Source: a virus
Lineage: Duplodnaviria > Caudoviricetes
Length of the DNA: 27,563 nt
Virus record (IMG/VR): IMGVR_UViG_3300025083_000173
Location: 1 to 27,563 of that record
Reading direction: 5' to 3' (one strand)
This document shows positions 25,022 through 27,563 of the stretch, piece by piece. The notes beneath the pieces were generated by a model. The model worked only from the letters and a program-made list of their open reading frames with translations. It was not told the DNA's origin and made no database searches. A program made the position numbers and the translations under genes. Position 1 is the first letter of the stretch. Every line of letters starts with the position of its first letter.

Positions 25022-26440
25022 ATGAAAAACGAGCAAGAGCGCGACCCGCGTCACCTCAGAGCTAAAGCGCCACGCTTCAAACAAAGAGGCATATCAGGGA
25101 CTCAATTAAACAGTGGGGTTATCACTGGCAAAGAGCAAAATACTCAACTCACTGGACTCAATTGGGTGCAGGAAGCTGAGGAGATGCTAAGAACTGACCC
25201 AGTAGTCAGACGCTCTTGGCACATGCTAAGACAAACTCTTCTCTCTGCTTCTTGGCGCTTCGTGCCAGGAGTCGAGGGTGATCTAGTAAGTGAGGAGCTC
25301 TCGAGATATGCCAACGAGTGTTTTGGCTTTGATGGCTTTAGTGGTCAAATGGAGATGTCTTGGGAAGATCAATTGTCTTATCTGTGGGAGTTTGTACCCT
25401 TGGGGTATCGATACGCAGAAGAGTGTTATAAGGTTGGGCCGGACTCAGCTGGTAAGATTAGGGTTTGGCTAAGTCACTACGCAGACAGAGAGCCAAGCGC
25501 GCATCAACGCTGGCTTAGTCGAGATAACCAACGACTTGATGGAGTTATTCAGAACAGTGTAGGACTCACCAAGACCCCTGAGCCTATCCCATCAAATAAA
25601 CTTTTGCTCTTGACCCTCAATAAAACAGGTTCAAACTTTGAGGGAGTCGGAATGCTTCGACCTTGTTGGTGGTGGTGGCGAACTAAACAACGAGTGGCGA
25701 ATTTAATGTGTGTAGGTGTTGATCGTTGGGCGGTGCCATCCCCTAAAGTCGTTGTGGACAGATCACAAGCAGAGGCTTTAGGTCTTAGTGATGGTGATAT
25801 AGACGCTATGATTGACGATGCAGAAGGACAAGCCCAAGCTTTCCTCTCTGCTGAGCAGAGTTATCTTGTTGAGAACGCGGCTGTAAAATTTGAGCAGTAC
25901 GCAGCTACACCTAATCTTTATGCTGATGGGCCGATTAACATCATCACTAAATGTGATTCACAAATATCTTCGGCCTTCCTCACTCAGTTTGCAGACCTAG
26001 GTAACACAGAGACTGGTGCTAGATCAGTGGGGGAGATACACCTAAGCGTATTTAGAAGGGCCGCTATTAACCTTTGTGATATTGTGGCGGCTCAGGTGAG
26101 CGGGATTGATAGACGTGGAGGCGGGACTATTGGTCGTCTCATTAAGTGGAATTATGGCGCTATTGATCCTAGTAAACTTCCTAAGCTCACTCATACAGGA
26201 CTTGATACCGATGATCTTGCAGACTCTATGGGCATGCTACCAGGTCTTGTGCAGTCAGGCTTATTAACTCCCGACGATGAATTGGAGCGCGCTTTACGTG
26301 AACGTCTTGGAGCTGGTGACCTGCCCGAAACTGCACACCGCTCACCTATGACACGAATAGCGGCTTCAGGCGGGGGTGGGGGTATAGCCGCTCTCAGTGA
26401 GCAACTCATTGCTCGTAGGAGAGCTAAGACCAATGGTTAA
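25022..26440 (+). CDS. Portal protein (DUF935 / Mu gp29-like)
   Basis: 472 aa with 'GVGMLRPCWWWW..K', 'RWAVP' and 'GARSVGEIH' motifs. Lies between terL and the protease. Confidence 0.85.
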   Translation: MKNEQERDPRHLRAKAPRFKQRGISGTQLNSGVITGKEQNTQLTGLNWVQEAEEMLRTDPVVRRSWHMLRQTLLSASWRFVPGVEGDLVSEELSRYANECFGFDGFSGQMEMSWEDQLSYLWEFVPLGYRYAEECYKVGPDSAGKIRVWLSHYADREPSAHQRWLSRDNQRLDGVIQNSVGLTKTPEPIPSNKLLLLTLNKTGSNFEGVGMLRPCWWWWRTKQRVANLMCVGVDRWAVPSPKVVVDRSQAEALGLSDGDIDAMIDDAEGQAQAFLSAEQSYLVENAAVKFEQYAATPNLYADGPINIITKCDSQISSAFLTQFADLGNTETGARSVGEIHLSVFRRAAINLCDIVAAQVSGIDRRGGGTIGRLIKWNYGAIDPSKLPKLTHTGLDTDDLADSMGMLPGLVQSGLLTPDDELERALRERLGAGDLPETAHRSPMTRIAASGGGGGIAALSEQLIARRRAKTNG

Positions 26441-27563
26441 ACCGATCAAAAAACGAACTAAAGCGCAAACACCTGCACCCAAAAAAGATAAGGTGACAGG
26501 AAGTAAGACAAACCCCAAAGGCTCTGCAAGTGGTGGCCGTGGTGGGATAGAGATTGGTGAGAAGGCTGTGAAAGCTCTCGAAAACATGAGAGATCAGCAT
26601 AACGCGAAATACAAAAAATCATCTCGTCGTGTAGATATGGGCATGCTTAAGGCTGTCTTCAGACGTGGCGCTGGTGCTTTCTCTGTTTCTCATCGTCCAG
26701 GAATGACAAGAACTCAATGGGCTTTAGCTCGCGTTCGAACATTCATTAAGTTAGTTGGTACAGGCCAGCGTAAGAAGGCTTATAATACAGACCTCGACCT
26801 GTTACCAAAAGGTCACCCCCAACGAACTGAGAAAAAAGCTGAAGCTTTGGCACCTCAGAAATATAGCCACATAGACTTTTCACCTCCACAAGGAGCTCGT
26901 GAGGCAGCTGAGCGAGCTTTAGAAGTTCGAGCTTCCAAGCCACCTTCACAGCGCGGTATGACAGATGTAGGTATTGCGCGCGCGCGTGACCTCAAAGCAG
27001 GAAAAGATTTATCCCCTGAAACAGTCCGTAGGATGCTTGCATACTTCACCCGTCACGAAGTGGATAAGCAAGGTGAGACTTGGGATGAGCAGGGCAAAGG
27101 CTGGCAAGCTTGGCATGGTTGGGGAGGTGATGCAGGTTTTGCTTGGGCTCGAAAGGTAGTTAAACAAATGAACTCAGCAGATGATAAATCAAACTCACTT
27201 AGAGCTTACGGTGAAGCGATACAACTGTCAGAGGCTCCGAGCTATAACGTTCCTGATGATTTGACTATCGGTAAACCTTTTAAAACTCTAGGTCTTGGTC
27301 AGGTGAGCTCTCGTATGAATGGCGAGAACATAGGGCAAGAGATCACCTCTGTAATGCTCGAGGAGATGCTTCGAGTGTATCAAGAGCGTAAAGAGAAAGA
27401 CCCTGTAATCATTGACTGGCAACACGCGACCTCGCCTTTTCAGGGTGGCCCACCAGCTCCACCGGAGAGCGGGAACGCGCTAGGTATGATTATAGATTTA
27501 GAGCTAAGAGAGGACGGCCTTTATGCTGTCCCTGCATACAATGAACGCGGCTTAAAAGTCGTC
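26433..27563 (+). CDS. Mu-like prohead protease with N-terminal accessory domains (3'-truncated; not in ORF track)
   Basis: Open frame of 377 codons from ATG 26433 to the window end. C-terminal part 'DPVIIDWQHA...ALGMIIDLELREDGLYA...NERG' resembles Mu gpI-type protease. Confidence 0.75.
   Translation, partial: MVKPIKKRTKAQTPAPKKDKVTGSKTNPKGSASGGRGGIEIGEKAVKALENMRDQHNAKYKKSSRRVDMGMLKAVFRRGAGAFSVSHRPGMTRTQWALARVRTFIKLVGTGQRKKAYNTDLDLLPKGHPQRTEKKAEALAPQKYSHIDFSPPQGAREAAERALEVRASKPPSQRGMTDVGIARARDLKAGKDLSPETVRRMLAYFTRHEVDKQGETWDEQGKGWQAWHGWGGDAGFAWARKVVKQMNSADDKSNSLRAYGEAIQLSEAPSYNVPDDLTIGKPFKTLGLGQVSSRMNGENIGQEITSVMLEEMLRVYQERKEKDPVIIDWQHATSPFQGGPPAPPESGNALGMIIDLELREDGLYAVPAYNERGLKVV

Noticed and set aside
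26191-27159. Short ORFs listed at 26191-27159
   Set aside because: Superseded by the portal and the continuous + strand frame from 26433 to the window end.
1-27563. tRNA/rRNA genes, IS elements or stop-codon reassignment
   Set aside because: Intergenic gaps are few and short with no cloverleaf or terminal inverted repeats. Genes are densely packed under the standard code and use all three stop codons.

Overview
This window is about 27.5 kb of a tailed dsDNA phage (Caudoviricetes) genome; I recognise no host genes. Left to right: the 3' end of a probable tape-measure gene and tail-tip genes (1-6248); a CHAP-type peptidoglycan hydrolase and holin-like gene; a repeat-rich tail fibre with accessory virion proteins; and spanin/holin-like membrane proteins (to 12505). 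A short minus-strand early operon follows (XRE HTH, small ORF, serine-recombinase-like DNA-binding protein lacking the catalytic domain and bracketed by ~72-bp direct repeats, 38-aa membrane peptide, RecT-like protein). Next is a lambda O/P-like replication module (initiator with internal iterons, DnaC-like loader), then SSB, a GHKL/MORC-like ATPase, and TerS/TerL. A five-gene insert lies between terL and the portal: DUF3310, thyX, dCMP deaminase, a membrane-anchored class III nucleotide cyclase and a 2TM coiled-coil protein. The window ends with a DUF935/Mu gp29-like portal and a Mu-type prohead protease with extra N-terminal domains that runs off the right edge. The best candidate for an undescribed system is the phage-encoded cyclase plus 2TM partner co-located with a pyrimidine-nucleotide cassette. 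All family assignments are by motif recognition from memory; no database searches were run.
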